IMG/VR virus record: IMGVR_UViG_3300042319_002138
Coordinates: 124,001-188,000 of that record
Reading direction: 5' to 3' (one strand)
Length of the DNA: 64,000 bases
Part shown: positions 1-11,200 of the stretch, piece by piece
Layout of the letters: every line of letters begins with the position of its first letter
Numbering within the stretch: the stretch's first letter is position 1
Position numbers and translations under genes: made by a program
Notes under the pieces: model-generated
Databases searched by the model: none
What the model saw: only the letters and a program-made list of their open reading frames with translations
What the model was told of the DNA's origin: nothing

Positions 1-1
1 A

Positions 2-1234
2 ATAAATCTTGAAGGTACAAATTATAGTAATAACCCAACAATAGACCAGTTCATTGACCCAGATTTAAGATGGTATGAAATGGATTCGTTAGCTGAAGAT
101 AAAGTTTTTATTGAAGACACTAGTAGAACTACTGATAATGAAGCGGTTAAACCTGGTAAGTATGTTCACACAACAAGAAAATTTGTTAGAGAATTTACTG
201 ATAATAATTACTGTAAATTAACTTTTGGTAGTGGTGTTAGTACAGACGATGAACAATTACAAAACATATCTACAACTGGTATAAAAATAGGTGACTTTAT
301 AAATACTACAGCTTTAGGTGAAATAATTAAACCAAACACAACCTTATTTATTAGATATAGAGTTGGTGGTGGACCTAGTAGTAATATAGGACCTAATGCT
401 ATAAACGCAATTGGTAATGTTACTTTAAATGTAAATGGACCCAACACACCAACAAATCAATCGGTAATAAGGTCGTTAAGAGTTAATAACCCAATTCCAG
501 CAATAGGTGGAGCTGGGGTACCTTCAGTTGACCAAATAAGACAATATACAAAGTATAATTTTGCCTCACAAAATAGAGCGGTTACTATTAAAGATTATGA
601 AGCTATTTTAGCTAAAATACCTGGTAGATACGGCTCACCTTATAGACATAAAATAGCTGAGGAACAAAATAAAGTAATTATTTATACACTAGGTTTAGAT
701 GCTTCAGGTAAGTTAACAAACCAATCTACTAATACTCTAAAAGAAAATATAGCAACTTGGTTATCAGATTATAGAATGATAAATGATTACGTATTAGTTG
801 GTGATGGTAAAGTAGTTAACCTAGGATTTGAAATAGACTTATTTATAGATAAACAGATTAATCAATCAGAATTAATTAATAACGTTATTACTAGTGTTAA
901 AAATTATTTTGATGTTAAGAAGTGGGAAATGGGTGATAATATTTATATCGCTCAATTGGTTGAAAACATTAATAATGTTGGTGGTGTACTAAATGTTATT
1001 GATATAAGAGCTTACAATTTAATAAGTTCTCCTTATTCATTAAACCAAACATCACAAAATTTCATACCAGAATCTTTAGTAAATGGTGTTATACCATTTA
1101 ATAATGGTAAACTAATTGATTTAGGTTCTGATTACGCTTTATTTGGTGATATAGACTCTATGTTTGAAATTAAGTTCCCTGAAAGGGATATAAAAGTAAG
1201 GATTAAGAGAAGTTCGACTGTAACTGAAGGGTAA
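2..1234 (+). CDS. baseplate wedge subunit (T4 gp6-like), 5'-truncated by window edge
   Basis: Frame is open from nt 2 to the annotated ATG at 80. Contains YRVGGG..SN and SQNRAVTIKDYE motifs typical of gp6/baseplate J-like wedge proteins. Confidence 0.8.
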   Translation: MNLEGTNYSNNPTIDQFIDPDLRWYEMDSLAEDKVFIEDTSRTTDNEAVKPGKYVHTTRKFVREFTDNNYCKLTFGSGVSTDDEQLQNISTTGIKIGDFINTTALGEIIKPNTTLFIRYRVGGGPSSNIGPNAINAIGNVTLNVNGPNTPTNQSVIRSLRVNNPIPAIGGAGVPSVDQIRQYTKYNFASQNRAVTIKDYEAILAKIPGRYGSPYRHKIAEEQNKVIIYTLGLDASGKLTNQSTNTLKENIATWLSDYRMINDYVLVGDGKVVNLGFEIDLFIDKQINQSELINNVITSVKNYFDVKKWEMGDNIYIAQLVENINNVGGVLNVIDIRAYNLISSPYSLNQTSQNFIPESLVNGVIPFNNGKLIDLGSDYALFGDIDSMFEIKFPERDIKVRIKRSSTVTEG

Positions 1235-1236
1235 CA

Positions 1237-3051
1237 ATGGAAAGAATTGAACAACTATTGGGTAGGGCTAGATATAAAATGGCCCCTGACACTAATTTTA
1301 ACTATAAATTAAATTTAGATAGCAGCCTTAGTCCGTTAAAAAATAATTTTAATAAAATTATTTCAATCCTTAGTGCAGACCAAGTTTTTCAAGATGAAAG
1401 AGACAATTCTACAAAATATAGAATTCTAGGTAGATTAAACATTATTACCGACAATTCAATTAATTACACAGCAACAACAGTTACAACAGGGGCTAACCCA
1501 CAAACTATTGGTATAACAAGACCAAACAATTCTGATTGGACCCCACTTTTTGGTTCTGGTAATGTAATAACTAATCAAAACCCACCTATACCAAATAATT
1601 GGGTTTTACAAATACTGTACCCTAGTAAAATTGATAAATACACTAAAGTAGGAGACAATCAGGCTTATAAAGGTATTACTATAAAAAATTTAATTTCTAC
1701 TGACCCTTCTGGCACTAAAGAACAAGTTTTATTGGAGACCCAACAAAAAAATAAATTGGTTGAGGGTGATTTTTGTTACATATACAGTAACACACATAAT
1801 AGTATTTATACTGGTTTTCATGATGTAGATTTTTTAGGTGTTAACGGACAGTATTCGGAAACAAAATTTAGGTTAACAACTAAATATATTGGTCCCGATA
1901 ATGAATTGATTTTAAAAAGAGTGATAAATGTTTCTGATAACGACATAAATTTTCTTAACACACAGAACATTATAAAAGTAGTATCTACAGATTTAAGTGG
2001 AACCTCTACTAATGCAAATTATACCAAAGTAACTACAGGTAACCTATCACCCAGCTTTTCAGCATTAACACATAATTTAAGGGTTTCTGATTACATAGAC
2101 ATAAGAACCGTAAATGGACCTTTTATACTCAATGGTTTATATAGGGTTGAAAAAATTATTGATAGATACAATTTTATTATTGATTTAAAAATAAGTAATA
2201 TACCTGGGTTAAATATTAATAATTTAAGTATACCATTTAGAAGAATGGATGGTATACCGTCAGATTATTATATAAGAAAATTTACTTTGTTAACAGGTAA
2301 TGATTACGAAGTTAATAAAGCAACTTCATTTGGTACTAACATTTACCCAAAAACTAAAATTAATAAATTAGCTATAGCTAACGATACTTGGTTATTTACC
2401 TTTATACAAGACATAAATACTAAGTTTATATACAGTCATAAAGACGGTGAATTAACCCAACTATACCTAGGTACAATAAAAAGAGCAGGAGCAAATAATT
2501 TTAATTGGTCAGATGTAACCGCTAATTGGGATTTTGAATATAGTTACGCAGATAGTTCTAACAAAATAGAAACAATATCACTTAATAACCCAAGCGGTAT
2601 AGGGACTATTGAAAAAAACATACCCAAAACTAGTGAGTATTTTGGTGACTTTGTTGAATATAATAGAGGGGATATTTTAGAAAGAACAGTTTCTAAAATA
2701 ATACATAGATTTGCTTTAAATACTAATAACACACCCGAAAAAGGTTATTATATAGACCCTTTCTCTAAATTAGACATTAGGAAATTTTCTAATATTATTG
2801 AATCAGCATATGTTGGACAAAACGTTGTTGGTATTCCTGGTGATTCAGAATTAAGACCTAATGGTTCTCTTGAATGGAGGGATATTCTAGAACCAGGTTA
2901 TATAGAAAATGGTGACAATGGCGTTAATTACCCATTTTTAAATGGTGCTAACTATATATATTTAAATAAATTTATATATGTTAGGAGACAAATACCAGAA
3001 ATAACAATTGAACCTTTAACGGTGAACCCTTCAGCAACAGTTAAGTGTTAA
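1237..3051 (+). CDS. putative baseplate/tail structural protein
   Basis: 604 aa ORF, beta/Asn/Thr-rich, tightly coupled within the baseplate operon. No family recognised. Confidence 0.55.
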   Translation: MERIEQLLGRARYKMAPDTNFNYKLNLDSSLSPLKNNFNKIISILSADQVFQDERDNSTKYRILGRLNIITDNSINYTATTVTTGANPQTIGITRPNNSDWTPLFGSGNVITNQNPPIPNNWVLQILYPSKIDKYTKVGDNQAYKGITIKNLISTDPSGTKEQVLLETQQKNKLVEGDFCYIYSNTHNSIYTGFHDVDFLGVNGQYSETKFRLTTKYIGPDNELILKRVINVSDNDINFLNTQNIIKVVSTDLSGTSTNANYTKVTTGNLSPSFSALTHNLRVSDYIDIRTVNGPFILNGLYRVEKIIDRYNFIIDLKISNIPGLNINNLSIPFRRMDGIPSDYYIRKFTLLTGNDYEVNKATSFGTNIYPKTKINKLAIANDTWLFTFIQDINTKFIYSHKDGELTQLYLGTIKRAGANNFNWSDVTANWDFEYSYADSSNKIETISLNNPSGIGTIEKNIPKTSEYFGDFVEYNRGDILERTVSKIIHRFALNTNNTPEKGYYIDPFSKLDIRKFSNIIESAYVGQNVVGIPGDSELRPNGSLEWRDILEPGYIENGDNGVNYPFLNGANYIYLNKFIYVRRQIPEITIEPLTVNPSATVKC

Positions 3052-4037
3052 TGAGTACGTATAGATATAAAATAAGATTAAATTACCCCACAATAACAGG
3101 TGGAACAGTAGAACCGATGGTCAACGTAGTTACGGGTACACAACAGTTTACTGATTATTTAACTACTTATGCTATTAAACCTGGGCAATCTGGCAATCAA
3201 TTACAAATACCTAAAAATATCGGTAAAAATTATTTTACCAAAAGTTCTTTTAGTAATTTAAAAACAGCATTAATTGAAAATATTGGTGGATATTTTGATG
3301 TATCAGAGGGTGGTATTTTAATTTCTTCAGGTAATACAATAAACCCTGATTATAATTACAAAAATATTAACATACCTATAAATGTTAAATTTGAGGTTGT
3401 AGATTATTCTGATGATATCGATAATTTTATTGAAAGAGAAAAGAAAAAAGCCATAAACCCAATTATAGATGGAGAAAAAGTTAAATACATCCCTGAAAAT
3501 TATAATACTGTAACTATAAATTTTAGATTTTATAATAAGGATAGTGGTATGTATGATACCCCTAATTATATTACCGCTGGATTTGTACCACAAGATATTG
3601 GTGTTAAAAATAACTTTAAAAAAAGTTTTTTTAGGTTATATTTTTATGACAGTAATAATAATAAAAAACAAAATTTATTGTCATCAGAAGATATATCTGC
3701 TAATGGTAGTACAATGCCTTCGTTTAATTTAAATAAAATTTATTGGTTAATGTCCGACAACCCAATTACAGGTACGGGTAATAAAAAAATTTATATGGAG
3801 GCTAGATTTTTTAACGCTAAAACAGGTAGAGTCCATAGATTTTTTAATGTACCAATTTATATTGCGTCACCAATAACTGTAAGTGATTTAGCTAATAACC
3901 AAACTTGGAAAACAAGCCAAATCACTATTTTAAACCCTACTACTAATAACGGTAATCGTTGGTTTAGGGTAGAACCAGGTATTGGTGCAAACACACAAAA
4001 TACAATAACAATGACAGAATTTATATTAAGTACATAA
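3051..4037 (+). CDS. putative structural protein
   Basis: TAATG coupling to the previous gene, so ATG 3051 is the probable start. Operon context. Confidence 0.5.
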   Translation: MSTYRYKIRLNYPTITGGTVEPMVNVVTGTQQFTDYLTTYAIKPGQSGNQLQIPKNIGKNYFTKSSFSNLKTALIENIGGYFDVSEGGILISSGNTINPDYNYKNINIPINVKFEVVDYSDDIDNFIEREKKKAINPIIDGEKVKYIPENYNTVTINFRFYNKDSGMYDTPNYITAGFVPQDIGVKNNFKKSFFRLYFYDSNNNKKQNLLSSEDISANGSTMPSFNLNKIYWLMSDNPITGTGNKKIYMEARFFNAKTGRVHRFFNVPIYIASPITVSDLANNQTWKTSQITILNPTTNNGNRWFRVEPGIGANTQNTITMTEFILST

Positions 4038-6940
4038 TGAGTTTTTATGATAGAAAGATACCTTATTATAAGTCATTTAAATTAATTGATAGTGATGGGG
4101 ATGGTATTAAAGATACCATTGTCTATCGACCTATTTCCGATTTTTATTATATACAATTTGGTTTAGAACAAGATATTAAAAATATTGGTCATTATATAAA
4201 AGGTGAAGGAAAACCTAAATTTGAATTAGTAGATTTTAGTAGTATATGGAATGAAGGTCTTGTAATATCTAATCCAGGTCATAACACGAGTAGTTCTGGT
4301 AACACCACTACTACGCCAACACCCATTTGTATTGACATAAGAGATTGGAGTGTTTTTAATCCTTGGCCACAAGGAGACACTTTACCAATATCTGAGGGTA
4401 ATTTAATTTGGTTAACAACCACAGACATAGACGCAGCAAATTTACAAGTTGGGCAACAGATAATTTTATCTGGTATGGATGTAACCCCAGTCAACCAAAC
4501 ATGTAAAGGTGAAACTAATTTAACAACCCTTAATTTAACAACTGATATTGTTGCAATATGGGGACCATATTTAGGTAGTTGGAGTATAGCTACTTCAATA
4601 TATTTTAACACACAGACAGGTGATTACACAAATGGTTTATGTACAGCCGCAGAAAATTACGGTGTTATAAGTGTCTTAGGTAGTGGTAAAGCTTGTGTTA
4701 CTACATCATCTAATGGTGGTGACACACTACAACCAGTAGAATTTTGTAATGACCCAAGTGCGAGTAATTATGATGTTTCATTAGTTGGTGTTAATGGATA
4801 CACACCATGTTTTGACAATACTTGTTGTACTTACAATAGTGTAGAAAATTATAAAAAATCGGCTAACAGTGGTTATGATGAATTAAATTGCTTAGCATTT
4901 TATACTGATTGGGGCCCTTGGAATGATAATCTTTTATTAAACGATACACAACAATTATTTATTAAAAAAACAGATTGTACCTTAACATTAAGGTTAATAA
5001 ATCAATTAGACGGTGAGAATAACTTTACTAAAGGTGGTTGGTATGGTGCTTCTGTAAAAATAGAAATCGATGAAGGTAATGGTTTTATGCCATTATTACC
5101 TGGAAATACTTTAATACAAAATTTAGATAACGATATATCTTTTAATCAAAGTAAGGAATCTTATACGTTAGATAATAAAGTTAGAATATGGAAAGCAAAA
5201 TCAACAACTACTATTCCTAAATATTATACAACAAAACCTTATAGGGATATTATTTTAAAACCAAATACTAATACAAAAGTTAAAATTACTTACATAAATT
5301 CTGATGAAAATATCAGTGAATACGAAAAATATGCTAAATATTTAAGACTACAACTAATAAAGGGTAGTACGTCATCACCCACACCTACACCACCTACACC
5401 AACAACAGACGTGAGTAGTTTTGTATGGTCACAAAATATATCAGAAATAAATACTTTTTTAGGGACACCGAGTAACAGACAAAATAATGGTGAAACTTTT
5501 CATTATATATCTAATGGTTCGGTAGAGGTTAAAGGTAAAACGTGGTCAGATTATTTAATGGGATATAAAAACCCTAGTAATATAGTTCCTTGGGCACCAT
5601 CAACAACAGGTATAGCTGTTGGTACATTTTATGCTAACCCTATAGTTACTGTTCTAAATGATTTTGGTGATTCAATTAATACTACAGTAATCGATAATAG
5701 TAGTAATAATAGTTTAAATTATTTTAGTAATCCTAATGAATTATTAAAAGAATTAACTTTTACCTGTTCAGTAAAAGAAAATTATGTTTCTTATTTTGAT
5801 AGAAACGGTGATGGGTTTATTGAATACAGTAAAAGTTATCCTAAAATAAATTCAGAAAATAGTAGTTCAGTAGATATTGGTTTATTTAGTAAAACTAGAT
5901 ACGATTCACCTTATATATTTTTAAAACCTGGAACTAAAGATAATACAGAATTTTTAAATGATAATCCATTAACAAAAACTACGGTACAACAAAGTGACGC
6001 ACCAGTTGGACCTAGTTCCCATGGTGGTTGGAAAAACTACGCTTATGTTGCCACAAATTTAATAAACACATTAAATAATAATCTTACATATTCTTTTACA
6101 AATGTCTCACCGACATGTCAATTAGGTGGATTTAATAATTTAAGTGAGATTGATATTAATTTAGTAGACCAGTCGAATAGTAATATATTTTTACAACAAC
6201 CTTATTTTACGTTAACAACATCAAATCCAACGAAAGAAGCTACTTTTGGTACTGGGACAACAGTACCACATTTATGGAATTATGGATTCAGTAATGCTAA
6301 AGGTGGTTGTTGTGCCAAATCTTATAGTAGTTCATTAGATATATCGACATCAGGACCTTATTTTAATAGTAAGTGCTCAAGTTGTCATGGACAAATGACA
6401 CCTAGGTCAGCACAAACGGTTTTAGATAGAGGAACTAAAATAGCTATGCAAACAACAGACAGTGATGTTTATTACGGACCTTTTTATGACCCACAAAACC
6501 CAACCTATAATGGGTATGGATTAGCATTCTCTAAAGCAAATAAATTTTGTCGTGATGTAAAAAACAAAAATGGTGTTTTAGTAGATACATCTGAAATAGG
6601 TGTTAGTACAGACGCTTTATATGTTGGTGGTATATTACATGGTGGGGCTGTACAATATAAACCTAACACTGATTTCACTAATAATTATGGGGTTACGGAA
6701 GCAATACAACTAGGGTTTGATGAAATTGGGGTTACAGAAGCTAACAGTACTTGTTTAAGCGGCACCAAAATACCCCTTAAATGTAGGAGAGTTGTTAATG
6801 ACCCTAACTGTCCCAACAACAATTGTATGAAATGTCTTTTTTGTTTTAAATGTAATTCAGAAGATAAACAACCTGGCATATTTACAGGTAATAACGGGGA
6901 CTCAAATGGACCTAGTGATGGAATAACTTATTTAGGATGA
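4037..6940 (+). CDS. large Cys/Thr-rich virion (tail/baseplate-associated) protein
   Basis: 967 aa. Contains CNDPSASNYD...CCTY (resembles the C-x-D-P-x-A-x-N-Y repeat of surface proteins), a PT-rich linker and a Cys-rich C-terminus. Confidence 0.5.
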   Translation: MSFYDRKIPYYKSFKLIDSDGDGIKDTIVYRPISDFYYIQFGLEQDIKNIGHYIKGEGKPKFELVDFSSIWNEGLVISNPGHNTSSSGNTTTTPTPICIDIRDWSVFNPWPQGDTLPISEGNLIWLTTTDIDAANLQVGQQIILSGMDVTPVNQTCKGETNLTTLNLTTDIVAIWGPYLGSWSIATSIYFNTQTGDYTNGLCTAAENYGVISVLGSGKACVTTSSNGGDTLQPVEFCNDPSASNYDVSLVGVNGYTPCFDNTCCTYNSVENYKKSANSGYDELNCLAFYTDWGPWNDNLLLNDTQQLFIKKTDCTLTLRLINQLDGENNFTKGGWYGASVKIEIDEGNGFMPLLPGNTLIQNLDNDISFNQSKESYTLDNKVRIWKAKSTTTIPKYYTTKPYRDIILKPNTNTKVKITYINSDENISEYEKYAKYLRLQLIKGSTSSPTPTPPTPTTDVSSFVWSQNISEINTFLGTPSNRQNNGETFHYISNGSVEVKGKTWSDYLMGYKNPSNIVPWAPSTTGIAVGTFYANPIVTVLNDFGDSINTTVIDNSSNNSLNYFSNPNELLKELTFTCSVKENYVSYFDRNGDGFIEYSKSYPKINSENSSSVDIGLFSKTRYDSPYIFLKPGTKDNTEFLNDNPLTKTTVQQSDAPVGPSSHGGWKNYAYVATNLINTLNNNLTYSFTNVSPTCQLGGFNNLSEIDINLVDQSNSNIFLQQPYFTLTTSNPTKEATFGTGTTVPHLWNYGFSNAKGGCCAKSYSSSLDISTSGPYFNSKCSSCHGQMTPRSAQTVLDRGTKIAMQTTDSDVYYGPFYDPQNPTYNGYGLAFSKANKFCRDVKNKNGVLVDTSEIGVSTDALYVGGILHGGAVQYKPNTDFTNNYGVTEAIQLGFDEIGVTEANSTCLSGTKIPLKCRRVVNDPNCPNNNCMKCLFCFKCNSEDKQPGIFTGNNGDSNGPSDGITYLG

Positions 6941-7377
6941 TAATAACAGGATTTACAGACTCAAAATTAAATTTAGTTAAGACATACGACGATAATAATC
7001 CATATCAAGTAGGGATTAATGGAGTTACAGAAGTTGTTACTGAGGGTGATAGTTTATCTTATGTAGAATATACCATAAATGGTATCAACTACAAGACTTC
7101 AGTATTAAAACCTTTATTTGAAGATTCTGACCTTTTCTTTAAAACCCAAACAGTTTATTTTTTTGAAGCTAATGGTTTAACGCAACAAAACATTAATGTT
7201 GTAAAAAGAGAAGCAGAAATGGGTATAGCTTTTCCACCTAAAATTAAAACAGAGATATTTATTGAAAGACAGTCAATATCTGTTTTTGAAAGACATCTTA
7301 GAATGGAAGAAATAGAAACAATTGAACAATTAACTGATTATAAAAATGGGTATTACAATATTTTTAATATAGAATAA
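6937..7377 (+). CDS. putative structural protein
   Basis: 146 aa, ATGA overlap with the upstream gene. Confidence 0.5.
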   Translation: MIITGFTDSKLNLVKTYDDNNPYQVGINGVTEVVTEGDSLSYVEYTINGINYKTSVLKPLFEDSDLFFKTQTVYFFEANGLTQQNINVVKREAEMGIAFPPKIKTEIFIERQSISVFERHLRMEEIETIEQLTDYKNGYYNIFNIE

Positions 7378-7378
7378 C

Positions 7379-8281
7379 ATGGCTACAGGCAACTATGGAA
7401 CGGTAAGACCGGCTAACGTATCAGCAGATGATATAGATATTTTTTATACCTATTCACCTAGTAGAGACGTACCGCCATCTGTACCTGTAAGAGTTTTAGA
7501 CGCAAACTCTTTTTTAACACAATTTAATAACCCATTAAATATTAATGGGGTACAACCATTATTGAGTGGTTTATATAATTTAAATCTACCTTCGAATTTA
7601 TTTTCGTCAAAGGGATTTTATACAATAATGATAAGACCAAAACAATATTACGTTACAATAGCGGATTGTGGTGTTTTATCAGCTTACCCCGACATTAAAG
7701 GTTTAGTATTTGATACTAATAGTTTACCACCTGTTTTGGGTCAAAATGACTCTATGGTTGGGTATCGAATTGAATATATTGATAACACAAATCAAATCAT
7801 ACCTAATTTATATAGAATAGTTACTTCAGCTAATTTAACTGAAGCAGTAAATCAAAATTTATCTAATACATCACAAAAAGCTATTAGATATAGATTTAAT
7901 GACAACTCAAATTTATTGTTTTGTACATTAACACCGTCTTCACCTTCAGTGGTTACACCAAATAAAATACCTTTTATTGGTTCACCTGGTCAGGCTGTTG
8001 TTATTACAAATACCTTTTTTAATCCCGTAACAATTGAATTAGAAATGGTTGAATATGATGTTGAGACTCTTGCTTATGGTTTGTTTGGGAATCAAAGTAA
8101 AAGTATTGTTGATGGTAAATATACTATCTACGACTTTGAAAATAGAATTTACAAACAATACAATCTTTATGAGGTACAAGATACATTTAATAGTGAACCA
8201 CTTTATGAAATTAGAGAAGAAGTTAATGAGATTGATGACACAAAAGATTTTGACACGATAACTAATATAGGAAATATTTAA
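7379..8281 (+). CDS. putative baseplate structural protein
   Basis: 300 aa ORF in the structural operon. Confidence 0.5.
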   Translation: MATGNYGTVRPANVSADDIDIFYTYSPSRDVPPSVPVRVLDANSFLTQFNNPLNINGVQPLLSGLYNLNLPSNLFSSKGFYTIMIRPKQYYVTIADCGVLSAYPDIKGLVFDTNSLPPVLGQNDSMVGYRIEYIDNTNQIIPNLYRIVTSANLTEAVNQNLSNTSQKAIRYRFNDNSNLLFCTLTPSSPSVVTPNKIPFIGSPGQAVVITNTFFNPVTIELEMVEYDVETLAYGLFGNQSKSIVDGKYTIYDFENRIYKQYNLYEVQDTFNSEPLYEIREEVNEIDDTKDFDTITNIGNI

Positions 8282-8288
8282 AAATTAA

Positions 8289-11200
8289 ATGTCTAAAAAA
8301 GTAGTACCTGGTTCAATAACGGAACCATATAAAAAAGGGCAAGGTGACTTTTCACCAAACCTAGTAGGACAACAATTTACTAATGGTGTAACACTTTTTA
8401 CATTAGGCAATTTTGCTATTACAACAAATGCTTCAGCTAGTTTAAGTAAGGTTTATAACACCGGTAGTTTTTCTGACGCATATACTTTAAATGATTTAAA
8501 TCTAACTATAGATGAATCACAAGTTCTTTCAAACGAGAGTTTAAAAATATCACTAAACATAGACCCTAATAGATTAGAAGGTTATGTTTATTTTGGTAGT
8601 TTTTTCCAATTCATTAAAAGTAATATCGAACAAATTTTATTAAAATGGAAAGGTTCTTTATACGTCGATAATTTAATAGACGATGACCCAGAAAGAATAC
8701 CAAGAAATACTGTATTAAACTATAACTATGATAGTATATCAGGAACCTCTACATTCAAAATACCCGTATCATTAATAAAAAATAAATTTGGTTTAGTCTT
8801 TGCACAAAACCCATTATTTAATATTAATAATTACGGTGATATATCCGACTTAAATAATAGCTTTTTGGATTACCAAGTCACAAATATATTTGGTGATTTT
8901 TATGTTTTAGGTTTTACTGGTAGTACAAGTTTAGATAATTACGTTTATCTACAAGTTAATGGTAATCCATGGCCTAATTTAAATGGTGTTGGTTTTGGTA
9001 GTTTTGTCTACCACGTTAGACCTAAAGAGGAATTAATAAACAAATATTTCTTCAGCCGTTTAAATGAATTTGAGTCTAACATGTTAAATAGACTTATAAC
9101 CCCACAATATACAATAGCTGTTAATTTACCTATAAGAACTGAATCAGGTACACTATTCAGTAGTAATAGAAGATTAACTTGGCCAACAAGTGATGGTTAT
9201 AATCTTGATAATGGTTCAACTGAATTCACAAACTACCTTAATGATTGGATTGATATAGGAATTCAAATGGATGCAAATAAAACAGACCTTATTGCTAGAA
9301 GATTTGTTTCCGATTCAATCATAGAGTTTGATACTGAAGGTGATAACACAGACGTTTATGGTAGAAAAGTTAACAAACTTTTAAGAATTTACGGTAGAGA
9401 ATTTGATGAGGTTAAAAAATATATTGATGGGATATCCATTTCAAGAATAGTAACATACGATAAAAAAGATAATACCGCAGATGAATTAGTTAAAGTTTTA
9501 GCATCTGAATTAGGGTTAGATGTGTTATTAAGTTTCTTTGACAATAATCTATTTAATAATACTTTACCTGGTAATTCTGGTGAAGAAGGTTATGGTAATC
9601 CATATAATGTACCTTTTTCAGGGTACTCAAGAAACCTTTCACCTAAAGAAATGGATTTTGAATTATGGAGAAGATTAGTTATAAACGCATGGTGGCTATT
9701 TAAATCTAAAGGCCATAGAAAAGTATTGGAATTTTTCTTAAACCTTTTTGGAATCCAAAAGTGTGTGGTTAGTCTTGACGAATATCTTTATATAGCTAAA
9801 GATAAATTGAATGCTGATAAGGTATATACTTTATTAGCCGAATATTTTGACCAACCGGTAGACGATTTTATATCTAGTTTAACCGCTGGTGAAATATCAT
9901 ACCCGATAGACCAATACGGATTTCCAAAAGTACCAGCAGACGGTGATGCTTTTTATTATCAGATGAATGGTTTTTGGTATAATGGTGGTAATTTATCCGA
10001 AATTGGTAATAACCCACATATTGGGCCTTACGATTACGGTAAAATGTATTTGGATAGGTTTAGGTGTTTCGTTGAAGATTTTCAAGGGACTACAACAGGA
10101 ACTACAACATTTATTACTTTAGATAATTTATTTAAAGATTTTAATAATGGTGACATAGAAGACGGGGTTTCAAATTACGGTGGGGATTACGCACAAATAC
10201 TAAACGACAATAATCAAATATCATCTAATGCTACTGTAGTTATGGCAGGTGGTGTTGGTGATGTTACGTATGGTCATAGTGGAGCTTCATTAAGAATAAC
10301 ATTTAGTTATGGTGGGTCTAATTGTGAATTAACTTGTCCTACAGATTTAATATATTACGATAATGGGATTATATTTGCCAACGATTTAACTCCAGTAGCT
10401 GTTGATTTAACAAATATCTATAGTTTACTAAATACAAACCAACAAGATTTAATAGTTGCCTCACAAATAACTGAACAATGTTGTTCTAATATAGGTGGTT
10501 ATTATTTACCTAGTAGTGTGTCAACAATAACTACTATATGTCCCACAGAAGGACAAATTTCTATTTTACCTAGTGGTTTAGTCTTTGGAGTAGAAAACGA
10601 AACTTGTTGTACTAATATTGTTGTGGGTACTGATGTTTATTGGGATGGGACTAGATGTATATTAGCGGACATAAATTCTAACACAGTTGTAGATGTATTT
10701 ACTGCTGATGAATTATTTTACGACCCAATAATCCAAACAAACAATACTAATTTTGTTTGTTATTGGTGCCCACCAACAAATGTTTATTGTGGTACAGAAT
10801 ACTATGATTTATTAATAAATTCAAATAAACAATTAAAAGTTCCAAGTGGTACAAACGGTAACGGTGGGGGTGGAGGTCCGATTAATTTTGGTTGTACTCT
10901 TGGTGTTGGAACCACTTATAACGATACTGATGGGTTTAGTTATATCATTAGTAGTTCTAGTGAACCTGCTCCGTCAGGATACCAAATGTGCGCTAGCTTT
11001 TACACAAGTCAATGGACACCGATACTTGGTACAAGTCCTTTATTATATGAAAAGGGATGTTGTAGAGGATATAGAAATAATAATAATACAGGTGGTGGAG
11101 CTACTGGTGGAGCTATTGGTGAAGTACAATTAGGTCCAGCTAGTTTAGTGTATTGTCCTAATATTTCAGACATTATAATTAATAATAACATTGTTTATTA